In this document: positions 24,700 through 37,900 of the stretch, in pieces
How positions within the stretch are numbered: position 1 is the stretch's first letter
Layout: every line of letters starts with the position of its first letter
From: Isurus oxyrinchus
Lineage: Eukaryota
Direction of reading: 5' to 3'
Assembly (NCBI GenBank): GCA_026770705.1
Contig: JANJGN010000041.1
Span: 6,324,001-6,388,000 of the forward strand
DNA length: 64,000 bases
Translations under genes and position numbers: made by a program
Notes under the pieces: model-generated
The model's input: the letters and a program-made list of their open reading frames with translations, nothing else
Databases searched by the model: none
Told to the model about the DNA's origin: nothing

Positions 24700-26705
24700 A
24701 AAAGTCATTGTTTGAATTGTGCACTGTGGAATATGTGGTCATGCTTTTGATTAGCAAATCGGTTTTCATCTCCCCATGATGATTTACCTAAAGAGCAGTT
24801 CCTCATCACTTGGAACAGAAGACAGATTTGCAAGTATACATTGTGAGTAAAGTTTCTGGAAAGATCTGGGTATCAAAATCCCCTCTCGGTAATGGCACTT
24901 CAATCCATCATGCTGTCTGCTTCCATCTTGGAGACATCGCAATGTTTACACAAAATTACGTATCCCAAGGTTTATCCAGAGCACTTCATTCAAATGAATG
25001 AATTGACAACGGCGCAAGTCATATCAGATTTTTCGATAACCGATGAGGTCAACGTAATTCACATCAAAACCACGATTGAGCATCCAGGCCGAACTGATGA
25101 CAACCCGCTCCAGGTAATATCACAGCTTTACATCGCCCGTAACCGAAGCTGTTGAAGCCTGAAATAAGTTTGCTATGGCCAGAGTGCCAACTGAAATGTA
25201 CTCAATGTATTTCGCTAAGCACCAAACTGGCAAACGCAGAAAGGAAAGAACATTTGAAGTCACGAAAATGTCCATTCAACATTCCACACTTTAATTTAGA
25301 CATTACTTGTGTTATGTGATCACTTCCCTTCAGCATATATAAATTCAAGCCAAAAGAAATAACAACCTTGCATGCAGTCGTCTCAAATGACCAAGATAGT
25401 CTTGTGCAAAAACAGATTTTCGCCAAGAATCCCCTGGTTCTGTCAGCAACGCATCAAATCTTTGCCGCCTGGTAATTTGCTGCACTTCAACTAACCTTCT
25501 GACTGTCAAATGAGTCTGGATTTTGAACGACACTCAATAAACTCTTCAGAACACACGGTGCTTAAAAGTGAAATAAGCTATTCGATTTCACTTTTGCATG
25601 CAACCCGAATTATGCATGGCTTGTTCCTCACACCTAGCAGGTTCTCTACCAAGTGAGATGAACAGGTGAAAAAAATGTCCGCTGGGCGAGAAAACCAGTT
25701 AATTTTAATAGACAACTAAATTATTGGAAAAAGTCAGCGGGCCTGAAAAAATCTGTGGCAAGTAAGACACGGTTTACTTTACGAGTCTGTGTGGCACTTC
25801 CAAAAAACGGTAATTTTTAAACTTTGTTTGGACGTGTTTGTATATGTTGCTCTACGCAGTCTATCCTCACCAAATTACTCCACTCCTCTTTAGGCAGTTA
25901 ACAAGTTAACATTCAGTCTGAAATGAAACTAGCCGTGTGGATATCCTATCCAGTCGCCTCATAAACGAATAAATCAAAACACGCTCTCCCCATGTAGCCT
26001 CCGCTCCTCTGACCTCAACTCCCTCTGCTGGTCCTCACTTCTGCATCGACAGCTTTCCAGAAATTGATGATTTTTAACCCTTCGATCGAACGCCCTTTTT
26101 TTATTTCTGTGCTGAAAGCTGATCATGAGATTTCAAGCTTTTTGTTATCCACTCTGCATGACGTCCCTTTCGTACACGGATCCTATTGCTGCACTAAGGC
26201 TTTATCTCTGAAGAGGGACCAAGAAGGACTTAAGATAGAGAGTGACAGAGCCCATGATTTGGAAACGTTGCTTCTGTCAATATTGTTTATGTTGCTGCAT
26301 GGTAAAAGAAGAAATTAGCGTCTTCCAATACTGGTTACATGTCATGTTTTGCATCTGACAAATTGACATGGTTTTTGCGGATATTGGAAATATAGCAGGG
26401 AGTGTCACTGCAGCAGAAAGGCGTTTGAAGCGTATGGCGGACTTGAATTCCTTGCGAATTCTTTGCGAGACTTTGTGAGTGAAGAAATGAGTGAAATAGC
26501 TGAGGAAGAAGCAGCTTTGCTTCAGCACAACGGACAAAACCGATGCCATTCAACGATTTTTAAGAAAGAAGATTTATCCAGTATAAACCGATGGAAGGTA
26601 AGTGTCTGCATTGAGCAGGCAAAGTGTGTAACTATTGCTTCAAAATGAAAATCTCACCGCAAACTGGAACCTTACTGGCTCCCTTGGAAAGCAGAAGCAG
26701 GCCGC

Positions 26706-26766
26706 TCCTCGTTCGTATACCCCGCCTGTCACGCAGGAGACTGGGGTTTAAATTCCCGACGGGTAG
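26706..26766 (+). pseudogene. tRNA-Asp(GTC) pseudogene 2 with 11-nt D-arm deletion
   Basis: TCCTCGTTCGTATA-[11 nt missing]-CCCCGCCTGTCACGCAGGAGACTGGGGTTTAAATTCCCGACGGGTAG; anticodon GTC retained, A and B boxes damaged. Confidence 0.88.
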
Positions 26767-27379
26767 ACAAGTCCATGGTCATATATTGCGAGGTTGAAAG
26801 AGTTACCATGCTTTTGATTCGCAAACTGCTTTTAATTTCCACAGTGTGATTGACAGAATGGGTATCTACAGGAGAGAAGGCAGATTTGCTCAAATATAAA
26901 ATGAGCAGATTTTCTGGACAGATGAGTTTATCAAAATCACTTGTGATCAACGGCGCTTTCCGTCATTATTCTGTACCCTTACATCTTGTAAGCGTCGAAA
27001 CGTTTACCCAAAATAACGCAGTTCCATATGTGTCCACTGCTTATGCTGCCTGAGTTCCTGGTGCTGGTGCAGCACATCAATGCCAATGGAGTATTGAGTG
27101 CACGCTTTATATTCGGAGGTTAGTACATCTCTCATTAAGCATTACGAGAGAGAGGCGGAGGCAATTCAGCCAATGGAAGCTGCGCTGATTTTCATTTGGA
27201 ACGTAGCTGACATGTGTCGGAACTCCATCAATGCACATTGGCTCCATGATACTTGAACATTTTTCAAAATGAAAGCTACCAAATGCAGTTTTTAAAATGA
27301 TTCATTTGTTTTCTAAATTAACCTCAAAGCACCATGTTGTTAATCCTTGTCTCCTCGTACTACCCCTCTCCCTGTAGTC

Positions 27380-27760
27380 ACTTACTGATATATTGCATCA
27401 TTCGTATACCATGTTTCCAAATCCCGAGATCTGCTCATCCCCTCCTTATCTCTGAAATCACCTCCTGCCCAATAATTAATTCAGGTATTAATGGTTCTCG
27501 AATTCACGCCTCATTTGCTTTCCTTGGCAGGAATGCATTCTGCTGCTGGAGCCTCGAGCTCCTGTATTCCGTCTGTTAGCCTCTCCACCTCTCTCTTCCC
27601 GTTTTAGATTATCCCTAAAATAAAATGTTCTCATTTGAACTTGAGGTCGACTATTCTTAATATGTTTCGGGGTGGGTTTTGGTAATTTATCCCACTCTCA
27701 GCCTTCTGTGTGGCGCCTTGGGGCATTTCTTCACTCACCTGGAGGGACAAAGATATCACC
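27380..27760 (+). mobile_element. L2-type LINE 3' fragment
   Basis: Decayed similarity to L2 3' ends (cccctccttatctctg...ctgtgtggcgccttgggg); inverted counterpart at ~34990-35340. Confidence 0.45.
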
Positions 27761-27789
27761 TTGCTAATTGGGCAGTGCAGACGCCTCCG

Positions 27790-28440
27790 TTCATCTCAGT
27801 TTGACACGATTGGAGCGCTCTGAATATGGCTGGTCCCATATCCCTCACTTCTAACACAGTCTGAGGACCGTGTGCAGTGTTGGTGTCTGTATCCCTCTGC
27901 TAGAGCACCCTTGGAGAACTGTCCGCAGTTCTGGTCTCCATATCACTCAGTTAGACCACACTTGGAGCGCTGAGCAAAGTTCTGGTCACAATATCCCTCG
28001 GTTTGTTAACATTTGTAGCGCTGTGCACATTTCTGGTCTCCATATCCCTCGGTTAGACTGCACTTGGAGCGTTGTGCACAGATCCGGTCTCCATATCCAT
28101 TCGTTAGCCGAAGCATGGAGCTCTGTGCACAGTTATGGTCTAATATGCGTTGGTTAGACCACACCTGGAGTATTGTGAACAGTCCTGGTCACCATACCAC
28201 TCGGTTAGACCCCACCTGGAGCACAGTACACAGTTCCAGTGTCAATATCTCTCAGTTACACCATATAAGGAGCACTGTGCACGCTTGTTGCCTCCATTAG
28301 CCTCGGTTGGGCCCAATGCAGAGCACTGGAAGCAGCGCTGCTCTCAGTATCTCATGTTTAGACAGTACCTGGAGCACTGAACACAGCACTGATTTTACTA
28401 TCGAGATGTTAGATCACACTAGTTACAGTGTGCACAACTC
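27790..28440 (+). repeat. 51-bp minisatellite array A (~13 units), CR1-derived
   Basis: tggag-like anchors at 27911, 27962, 28064, 28115, 28165, 28216, 28267 and 28369; consensus ctcggttagaccacacttggagcactgtgcacagttctggtctccatatcc. Confidence 0.9.
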
Positions 28441-29720
28441 TTGGCTCTAAGTGCGGCTATGCTATCATCAGTGTCCATAGATGAGCTCTCAGTATGCATC
28501 AGGAATCAAAAGTGTGACAGACAATTCCACGGATCAATAAATTCCTTCGCAGGTATGGTCTTGTCATTTTGGGGCAGTGGAAGGGCCTGTAATATGGGAG
28601 GATCCAATGAAGAGGAGATTTTGATGCCTTGGGAATGCCGATTCATTTTTAAGTGCTGTGGGGCTGCATGAGGTATAGAAAGTTGAATAAGTCGCTTTGT
28701 GAGGCCAAACTGAGGTTTAGGCTGAGACTGTCTCTAATATATGTAATTCCGGCTATGAATCATGTGAAGGAAACTGTCTGTTTCGATCACTGCCTCTTCC
28801 CCGTGTCTCATTTCTCACTCGGATCAGTCTGTCACCATATCGACAGGGAGGGAGGAGAGGTAAGGAAATGGCAGGGTCGAACTGACATCTTCAAACGCCA
28901 CTGACAACATGCATGTAGAAAATGGCAGGGTGTCATTGGCATTTTATAGCTCCTGAATAGTCATGCTTTCAGAATCAGAACTACAATCAATGCCAAAGGT
29001 TCGCCAACCATATTCTTGGGTTTGTCATGGCCCAATGACAGGAGCGAGGTACATTGCATTTTGGCACAGGGGCATATAAGAGGTCTGAGCTTGTACTTGC
29101 AATGCTTGCTCAGCATTGACTCCAGGCTCTGTCATGTCACAAGGCTTGAGGGCAAACAGGGGAATGGGAACCTCCTGCTGACTCCCAGCTGCCTCGCTCT
29201 TGAAACTGATCAATCTCTACTCCCCCATTTTAAACACCGCATTGAAAAGCAATGAGCGTATCAAAGGTACAGAATGTTCTCTGCTGGGCGACCTGCATTT
29301 TCATCACCCAGAGAGACTCTGGGTCACCGTTACAGACCCATGTGGCCAAGCCCTGTAAGGTAGAATAGGCCTGAAGCAGGTGAACCATCAAGAGGGAAAT
29401 TTCTACTGGGCCTCAGCATCACCAATCCACCCGCTGCAGTAACATCTCTCGCTCACGGTGTTGCTATGAATGACCACCGCAAAGCACTACTGACAACAGC
29501 CCTCTTTTTCAAACTGAGGACGCACTCCATTGTGTTTTGTGACAAGCATTGCTTTCAATGGGATAGTTTCAAAAGAGATCACACACCACAACTCTCAACA
29601 TCCATGAGGTGCGTGGGCCATCAGCAGCAGCAGAATTAAATTCAGACACAATCTGCATGACTATGGCCCTATATGCTCCTCACCCTTCCACGACCATTAC
29701 CGTTAAACTAAGAGAAAAGG

Positions 29721-30368
29721 CATGGTTCTCGGACAATGGAATGAGAACTTCTGATTTTACTACAACAATCTAGCCTTAAATTATGCCCGTTCCTTGCAAT
29801 TCTATACCGCAGTCTACCCTTCTAGCCATTTGGCATTCAGTTTTGGATCTGTTGTATGACAACTGTACACTCTCCAGAGCCCAAGAGCAAAATGTTTCCC
29901 AATTACAAACTCAGTCTATGAGTGCAGGAGACGATGGAATGACGAGCAGCAGGCAAAACTGAGGATCAAACCCTGTGGACCGTCACCCCGTTGACGCATT
30001 GCTCTAGCTGCTCAGGCTAAAGTTACCAATGGCGCTTCATATCAGGTGAGAAATATAAGATCTCAATTCCTACACACTTTTGGAATTATCTTTTGTTGAT
30101 CTATAGTTGGCAACTCTACAAATGGTAAGGTGCTGTAAAGTAACTTTAAACAGAAAAGGCAGCACGTAATAGAAATGAGGTTATAGTTGGGAAACATTTT
30201 GTTCCTGGGATATGGAGAGTCTAGCGTTATTAGTCACCGGAAGCCAACCTGGATGCAGATTGGCTGGAATGGTGGACTGAGGGCGTGAATCGTAAGGGAT
30301 GGGCAGAGGTTAAGGCTACATTGTTGTAGGAACGTCAGAGTCTCTCGCCCTATTGGTCGAGAATTGTC
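29721..30368. repeat. Long inverted repeat (arms ~29721-29912 and ~30177-30368), probable foldback/MITE relic
   Basis: Right arm reverse complement aligns along the left arm, e.g. ctacaacaatNtagccttaa and caaaatgtttcccaa. Confidence 0.8.
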
Positions 30369-30519
30369 AAACTAGGTACTATCTAAGGGTGTTATACAGT
30401 AGGGATGCACTCATACCATTGCTTTAGAATCGCAAAAAAGTTGCTCAGCGAAGGCAACAAATTCTTGTCTTTCTAGTGAAGATTTCATATAGCCTGACAG
30501 AAATTTTTAAAAAAATCAA

Positions 30520-31270
30520 ACATATAAAAGATCTAGAATAAGCAACATAACGGAAGTGGAGAAAATAACGGGACGTTAGATTGGCAAATCCCGAGGGTCA
30601 GATAGTTTCCATGCCAGCAATTGAAGGTAAAAGCTGAGAAATTGCGGATGTCCGGGCTCTACTATCTCGCAGTTCCATTCATCTCAGAATTATTCCTTCA
30701 GGCTGGCTAATTCTGAAAGGCGCTCTCTNNNNNNNNNNNNNNNNNNNNNNNNNNNNNNNNNNNNNNNNNNNNNNNNNNNNNNNNNNNNNNNNNNNNNNNN
30801 NNNNNNNNNNNNNNNNNNNNNNNNNNNNNNNNNNNNNNNNNNNNNNNNNNNNNNNNNNNNNNNCAAGTTACCCGAATGTGAGTTGTCAGGCGTGGAGGGA
30901 ATGCAGGCTTTGCTTACGAGAAATGGCACCCAGGCTAGAAGGGAAAATAGAATGGAAGGAATTGCACAAATACTGCTTGTGCTTTCTGGAATTCGGAATG
31001 TTCCAGAGTAGTTCGGTTGAAGTATTCAAGGTGTTAAGGGGAACAGATAAGGCTGGAAAAAAGAAAATATTTTCAATGGTGGAGTAGACTCAGCCGATTG
31101 GGACAGCGTCTAAAATGTCTATTCAGACTGTTCAATGCAACATTTAGGGAACACTGCTGTATACACAGGCAGTACACAACGCTAACTGCCTTCTTAAGAA
31201 AGTACCAGATGCGAGATCTATTGCTAAAAATTAAGTGTAAAATTGAAAGTTTTCTGTGGCCCAGGGCTAT
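30520..31270 (+). mobile_element. CR1 LINE fragments around an assembly gap
   Basis: Degenerate KSPGPDGFHP-like and EVFKVLRGTDK segments. Confidence 0.55.
30729..30863. other. Assembly gap or masked run
   Basis: Run of N. Confidence 0.99.
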
Positions 31271-32777
31271 TAAGGTCCACACAATGGTCACAACATGGAC
31301 TCAGATCACACATTTTTCAGAACTTTGTGGAATACCAGCCTGTGCATTTTACACACAGGCGGCCGGGAAGCAGCTGGAGCCCTGTGCTGGGGCGAATCCT
31401 TCCTGCCAAATCCTGGTACCCATGCTCAAGGCTACTGGTGGCCGGTCAGTTCTGTGATCGGAGCTATTTTTTAACAGGCTGATAAGCAGCCCGAGGCGAG
31501 CACTACGTGTTGCAAGGATGGGCAGAATGGTGTCCAAAATTGGTGCAGGTACAAGCCAACAAGCATTCTGCCTCTTCCATCTCCTTCACCTATCCGTTCT
31601 TGGATTGTGTGTCCCACTTGCGAGGCCACCATTTATTGACCATTGCTACCTGCCCATGAGAAATTGCTGGCAGTCTGCTTCCCTGTACCGCTACAGACCA
31701 TGTGTTGCCTGTACACCCACAGAGAGTCAGAGAGTGAGGTTTGCGCCATGACATGAGGTTACAGATTGGGTTTGCGCTCAATCCTGCCTGTGCGGCAGTT
31801 GGACCTCAGTGCCTCATGGATGCCCACTTTTGCGCTGCCCGACACATTTGGGAGTGACACGCAACACCATGGAAGTTGCCCTGAGAGTGAAGACTGGATT
31901 TTTCCCCTACAAAGACTTTTTGCTTGTCACTGCTGCTTATACCTGTCATGGACAAATTAAGATGCTCAAGGTTAGATTAACGAGGACTGGGCAAAGCAAG
32001 TTTCCCTCCTCGTGTTGGTTCTCTCACCACCTGCTACTGCAACATGGAAGTGGAGAAAAATCGAAGGTTTTGGCTGCTGCCTGCTAACCGGGGCTTAGAA
32101 AGGCAGGTGCTCTCTCAGAAACACATGCAAAAACTAGAAACAGGAGCTAGATGTTGAAGCTGTTGCTCTTCGTCACGTTTTGAAGATAGTTGCCAGGCTG
32201 AAACAGTCTAGAAAGGGCCAGGTAGCCAGGTTCAAGCTAAGGAAAGCCCCAAATAATCGAATGAGTGGAACAGGAGAAAGTCCCAGACAGGCGATTGAGT
32301 TCATTGAAGGACAGGGACGTTCCCTTCCTTCCAGCCTGCCTGATAGATCCTTCAATGTTGAGTCACTGTTACTCCTTGGTACTGAGGACCCCAGAAACCC
32401 AGAGTACACCCGGTGCCATCTTTTCAATCGCAGCTGATGTTACCCCTGGATAAGCGTATTCCCAGTCTGAAAATGAACTTGATAGACACTAACTTATACT
32501 TGTTTGTTTAGATACGTGGACGGGACTATTGAAGAGTCGCTGGAGTCAGCTGATGTGCTTTTAACAAAAGAATAAAACATTTATTAAGGAAGAAACGTTG
32601 AACTATAATAAAATATTGCTTTACCCAGGACTATACCTTTAAAAATATATACAGGTTTTTCAGGATATCACATGTTAAAAGCTATCTTACACTCTACTAC
32701 TCACAGTAAGCACAAAGTCCAATAGGCACCCTGTATTCAGATAGACAACACTATGAAATCACGTTCTCGGTGTCACC

Positions 32778-33420
32778 TCAACCTGATGCAATGACTCTTT
32801 CCCCAACTCCCCTCACACCATTATCACCCTGTGAGCCAACTGGACTCATTGATCCCCCTCCGTTTTTACCTGTTGGACATGCTCTGAATCTATCCGGTTT
32901 ATCACGGAGGGAGTTCCAAACAACATAATGGCGTGTGTCCTGATGATTTATCTTCACAGGTGCTGAGCAGTGGTCACCCCTCCCCATGCCGCTTTGAGCA
33001 GAGGCAACTGCGGTGGGTAGATTGGTGAAGACTGGTGAAGTGAAATTCCCCCCTGTTGTTGTTTCTCTCACCTTCTGTCGCAGGCCAAGTCTGTCAGGTA
33101 TGTCCTTCAGGCGTCGAACACTACGGTCAGGCGTAAAGTTACCGAACCACTCTTGGTGACGCATATTAAAGTCTCCACCCGCTCCCCCTTCATATAGATG
33201 ACATCCTGTGTCCCCTTGTGTTCAGATGTATCCCAATTGTTGATTGACATGGAGGAGAACAGGTTGATCAGCTGTGCGAGGGAGGGTAGGGATTGGAATG
33301 AGGTGTCCTTGTCTCTGTTCAGTCCTCATGACACGAGTGCTTGGGTGGGCGATCAGAAATCAACAGGAAACTTCCTTTCCTGAGCATTTTTTTCTGTTGG
33401 GTCAAGACTACATAGATGCC
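32778..33420 (-). mobile_element. LINE endonuclease-domain relic
   Basis: HQEWFG...LGLRQKVRETT...VFTNLP...GRGDH (APE endonuclease SDH motif). Confidence 0.7.
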
Positions 33421-33465
33421 TTTGGCATGGTTGTGGGCTCAATTATTACTTTTTAAACTTAAAAC

Positions 33466-33786
33466 GGGAGGCCAGCATTTATTGTCCAAGCCTAATTGCC
33501 GTTGTTCAGAGGCCATTTTGAAGAGTCAGACACAATGCTGTGCACCTGGCTTCAATTGCAGACGAGACCGGCAGATTTTCTTCCCTAAACAGCATTAGTG
33601 GACCAAGTGGGCTTTTATGATAATAGGTATTAGTTCCATTGGTTATTGTTAGAATTGTTACCTACGGAAAAAAATTGAATTGAAATTCCAACATATGCCT
33701 TGGCAGGATTAGAAACCAGGTCCTCAGAATTTTACCCTGGGTCACTGGCTTACCAGCCCAGTGTCAACACCACTACGCCACTGCCC
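33466..33786 (-). mobile_element. tRNA-headed SINE with LINE-derived tail
   Basis: Minus strand starts ggcagtggcgtagtgg (A box)...ggtttctaatcc (B box) and ends ggacaataaatgctggcc, a tail shared with the local LINE family. Confidence 0.65.
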
Positions 33787-34349
33787 CGACCGAAGGTCTA
33801 CCAGCGGGCCTCAGATTTTGAGGGTCTGTCTGACAGAACGTACACAGGGATGGCAACGGGTGAACCTAGGGAGTTAAACAAAAGGAAAGGCACTGTGTTG
33901 GTGAATGTTTTGGATCTAAAGAAAGACAGTATAAAATCACCTCCCCTCACTCCCTGTCGGTACGTTGATACACCGATCTGAGTGAGAAGTGATACACGGA
34001 TAAGAAGCGGTGATCAACGCAGCCAGTTTTATGCACATGATTCTGAAAGCATTGGATCATTGGCCATTGGATATACAGAAGGTAGCAGAGTCTGAGCGAC
34101 AGAAATTCCAATTCGCTTCAGACAGAATCCCAGGCGGGTCTCGCGGTGTGACATCCTGCCTCCGGGTTACTCAAAGAGGTTGGCAGTTCCTGAACTTGAA
34201 GCGGAGGTTGCATTTCCCGTTGACCCTGTATGCATCACAATCTTCACATGGGAGTCTTCTACAGAACATTCCACCCCCATCACTCAGCACGATAGGGAAT
34301 GGGAAACAGGAAGAAAGAGCTCATTAGTGCCGCTGGTCAGAGCCGCTTG

Positions 34350-34972
34350 GCGCCCAGATGCACAAGAACCAGTTGTGGGCTAAAGAGCGCACATGGAGAC
34401 CCGATATGGGAACAGTGGTCCATATGTGGTCTAACCGAGGCATATGGAGACCAGAGCTTTGCAAAGTGCTCCAACTGTGGTCTAACCGAGGGATATGGAG
34501 ACCGAACTGTGCACGGTGCTCCGATTATGTCTAACCGAGAGGTGCCAAGACCAAAACTGTACACAGTGCACAAGGTGTGGTCTATCCGTGGAGTATGTAA
34601 ACCAGAACTATGTACATTGTCTGACTGTCGTCTAACTGATGGATCTGGCGATCAAAAATATGCTCAGTGCTTTGAGTGTGTTCTAACCGAGAGGTATGAA
34701 GACAAGAAAAGTGCAGAGTGCTCCATGTGTGGTCCAAACGAGGGATACAGAGGGCAGAACTGTGAACAGCGCTCTAGGTGTGATCTAACCGAGGGATATT
34801 GAGATCAGAACTGTGCACAGTGTTCCGAATGCGGTCTCACTGAGGTAAACGGAGACCAGAACTGTGCACAGTGCTTAAAGTGCTCTCTAACCGACAGGAT
34901 TGGAGACGAGAATTTTGCACAATGCTCTATCTGTGGTCTATCCGAGCAATATGGAGTCCTAAACAGTGCACA
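34350..34972 (-). repeat. 51-bp minisatellite array B (~12 units)
   Basis: Reverse complement of the array A unit; translations SVRPQLEHFAKLWSPY and SVRPHSEHCAQF. Confidence 0.9.
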
Positions 34973-37900
34973 ATCAGAATGATGGAAGCTTATGCAACAA
35001 CTCCATGAAATTTCACACGGTGCCTCAAGACAGCATGTTAGAAAATTGATTTGACACAGAGTCACTTTAACAGGGATTAGTGGAAGGTTGCCCAACGCTA
35101 ATTCGAAGATGGTGGATTGAAGGGCTATCACCAGGGAGGAGAGAGGTTTGGACAGTTTTACAAAGGGATCTTCCGGCCTTGGTCCCAGTCAGTTGAAGGC
35201 ACCATGACCAATGGCAGGCCAATTAATATTTCGGAATGGATTGGAGGGCAGAATTTGTGTGGCACAGGTATCTGGATGACTGCTTTGGATTAAAGGAGAT
35301 GTCAGAGAGAGAGTGGGATGAGACAATGGAGACATAGGGAAACATTCTGTATCATTAATTCAAGATATCACCAAGGGAAAGCTCCTCGGTGGTTGATAGT
35401 TGAGGTTGGGTCATTAAAAATAAAGTGCTCAGTTTTTGAATAAAGGCTCACACTGAGACTGACAGCTTTCTGCTTTTTGTAGGATTTTAATGGTAACGGA
35501 ACGAAGAATGTGCAATGGTGTTAAGACAGTTGTCAGACCAAGCATTCCTATAACCTCCCAACGATTGAATAACTCTCGCTGCCATGGGGCCATGGTCATT
35601 TTCCCCCTGCACACTACAGCCGCTGCTTCGAACCCTACAGGCTGCCAGAGCCTGTAGCACAATCAGGAAGCCTGGGGCTCCTCCATTTCTTCCTCCTGTG
35701 TTCCCCATGCCTGCCTCACTCGCAGGCATCCCCTCTTGTCCCTAGCCACTGATCGAATCAGAAGACCATGTCCTGAATAATGTGATTGCCCCCTAGTACA
35801 AATGACCAGGCAAATGCCCCACTCCCAGAGGCATCACTGTGTCAGCGGATGGGCCTCCATCTGACACTCACTGTCACCCTCCCTCTTTGTCTTCCAAGTT
35901 ATTTCTCCATTTTTCTCTCTCACGCATTCTCTCTCCCCCAAACATGTGTTTCTCCACCTCTTTACTTATTGCATCCCTTTTCTGAATCTCTTGCTCAGTT
36001 CCTCCCTCTCTCATCTCCATATCTTGAATACTATCTCTTGATGATATTTTCACTGATTCACGGGACGTGGGCTTCGCTGGCTGGGTCCAGAATTTACTGC
36101 TCATCAGTAATTTCTCCCTTGAGAAGGTGGTGGGGGAGCCATGTTCCTGAACTGCTGCAGTCCATGTGGTGTCCATACACCCACCGTGCTGTAAGGAATG
36201 GATTTAAAGCTTCACGCTCTGTTCTATTGTTTGGTTATTTTTGTCACCTTTGCTCCTCCTTCTCCAGCTCCATCTTCCACTCATGCAAACTCTGTGTCTC
36301 ACTCTCCATCTCCCTTTCTCTCTTTCACTCCGCCTTCCACATCTGCATTGATGGTTAAATATTTCCAATTTTAGTCCCCTGCTGGTTGGTTAATAATTTA
36401 GCCCTGAAGCGGAACTGTGCTTTCTGCAGTCACCATCTTGTCTGACTCCAGATAGGAATGAGCTGTCCCTGGATATGATCCAGAAGTTGACTGCCTTCGT
36501 TTGGGGACAATATGCAATCCCTCAATGAATGAGTGTCCAAATATCATCAGATTAATTGATCTATAGCGGTGAAATAATGTGAAGAGATGTTTTATCAGTA
36601 GTGTATATGTCTAGATATATTTTTAGCGTGCTAAAAATTGACCCAATGCCATGTGGTTCCACTAGATGCGCGTTGAATTTCGACTCCTCGCAGGCCCATC
36701 CCATTCTGAATATATCCCACTGGGCTGCAAAATCTGGTGAGCCGGCCCAGCAGCTGGTGATGATTATTCCCAGGGACATTGATGGGGAAGTCTGAGCCAT
36801 TGGCTTTAGGGTATCATTCGGTGAGTTTGGCTATGTCAGGCCATTGATCGTGCAGTCTCTGGGGCAATGCTCCAAATGTTGTCATTCCCTTGAACACTCA
36901 AGTGCTGATCAGACACAATGTCCACGTGACAGCATTTGTGCCCTCCTCGAACTCACTTCCACTGAATGGGGGCAGTGGACACGCTGGCACAAATCGGCAC
37001 CAAGTTAAATGGCAGCCCTGCTCAGGGGCCCAAACTCACGGACTGGGCACTGGAGGTTCTGAATGATGCGCCGCAGAGGTGGAGCAATGCACTGCAGACC
37101 TGCATCTGACTGACCCAAGCTCAACTTCCTGCCCCTCTCCTCCTCCAACCGCTGACATTGTCCTCCCTGGTCTAACACTCTAATCCCATTCCCCGTCATG
37201 ACCAGGTGGATCTCTAGCACAATGACAGTCAACAAGAATTCTCATCGTCCCGGTGAATCCAGGAAATGGTCCAACATATTCGAGGAGCCTTGCACTGATC
37301 TTGTTCAGTTGATGCCTGCTGGTGTACTGGATTGTGAAACTGTGCCTGAAGCCGTGTCTCACACTCAACCTGCTCAAAGCTGGGTGCACTGCACAACATA
37401 CAGCTGGCCACACTTGTCGATAGTCAGCTCCTGAATTATTCTTCATGTGTTACCATCTGCAACAGCCTACAACTCATGGATGCACCCGCACACTGACTGG
37501 TGCACACCAGTCCATGTCCTGTGTCCATAAACCTGCCTTTGCCCCATTTCCCTCAAAACATCTGACGGTAAAACATCCCTCCATCTCATCTTTAAAGTTA
37601 ATATCATCCTTTCACTAATTGCCATTTGTGGAAGAGAGATGAAACTCTCTGTTACCCTTTGTGTGACGATATGTCCCTTTGCGAGAATAACAAAGCAGCG
37701 GGAATATCTTCTACATATCCAACTTCGCTCGAATCTAATCGAATATTTAAGATTCTTGATCAAAGGCACAGTGATTCTGGCTTCGGTACAACAATCTAAC
37801 GTTAGCTTGTACCCTATATTATTATGCTGCTCCAAGTGCAGAGTGCTCCAGACTGTCCTGCCACAAATTCCCCATCACATTACAAATCGATTCCTCAGGT

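Noticed and set aside
26064-26648. Exon-like frame ending at AAG|gtaagt
   Set aside because: Two in-frame stops, no recognisable domain, and it lies in the spacer of the tRNA-Asp duplicated unit.
27790-28440. CRISPR-like regular spacing of the 51-bp arrays
   Set aside because: The whole unit repeats with diffuse divergence; there is no constant repeat/unique spacer alternation, no cas genes, and the context is vertebrate.
34299-34802. Cys-rich 167-aa repetitive ORF resembling a zinc-finger protein
   Set aside because: Antisense reading of the 51-bp minisatellite; Cys spacing simply follows the 17-codon period.
35430-37500. Possible Harbinger transposase remnants
   Set aside because: Only vague resemblance; no catalytic motifs could be threaded confidently.
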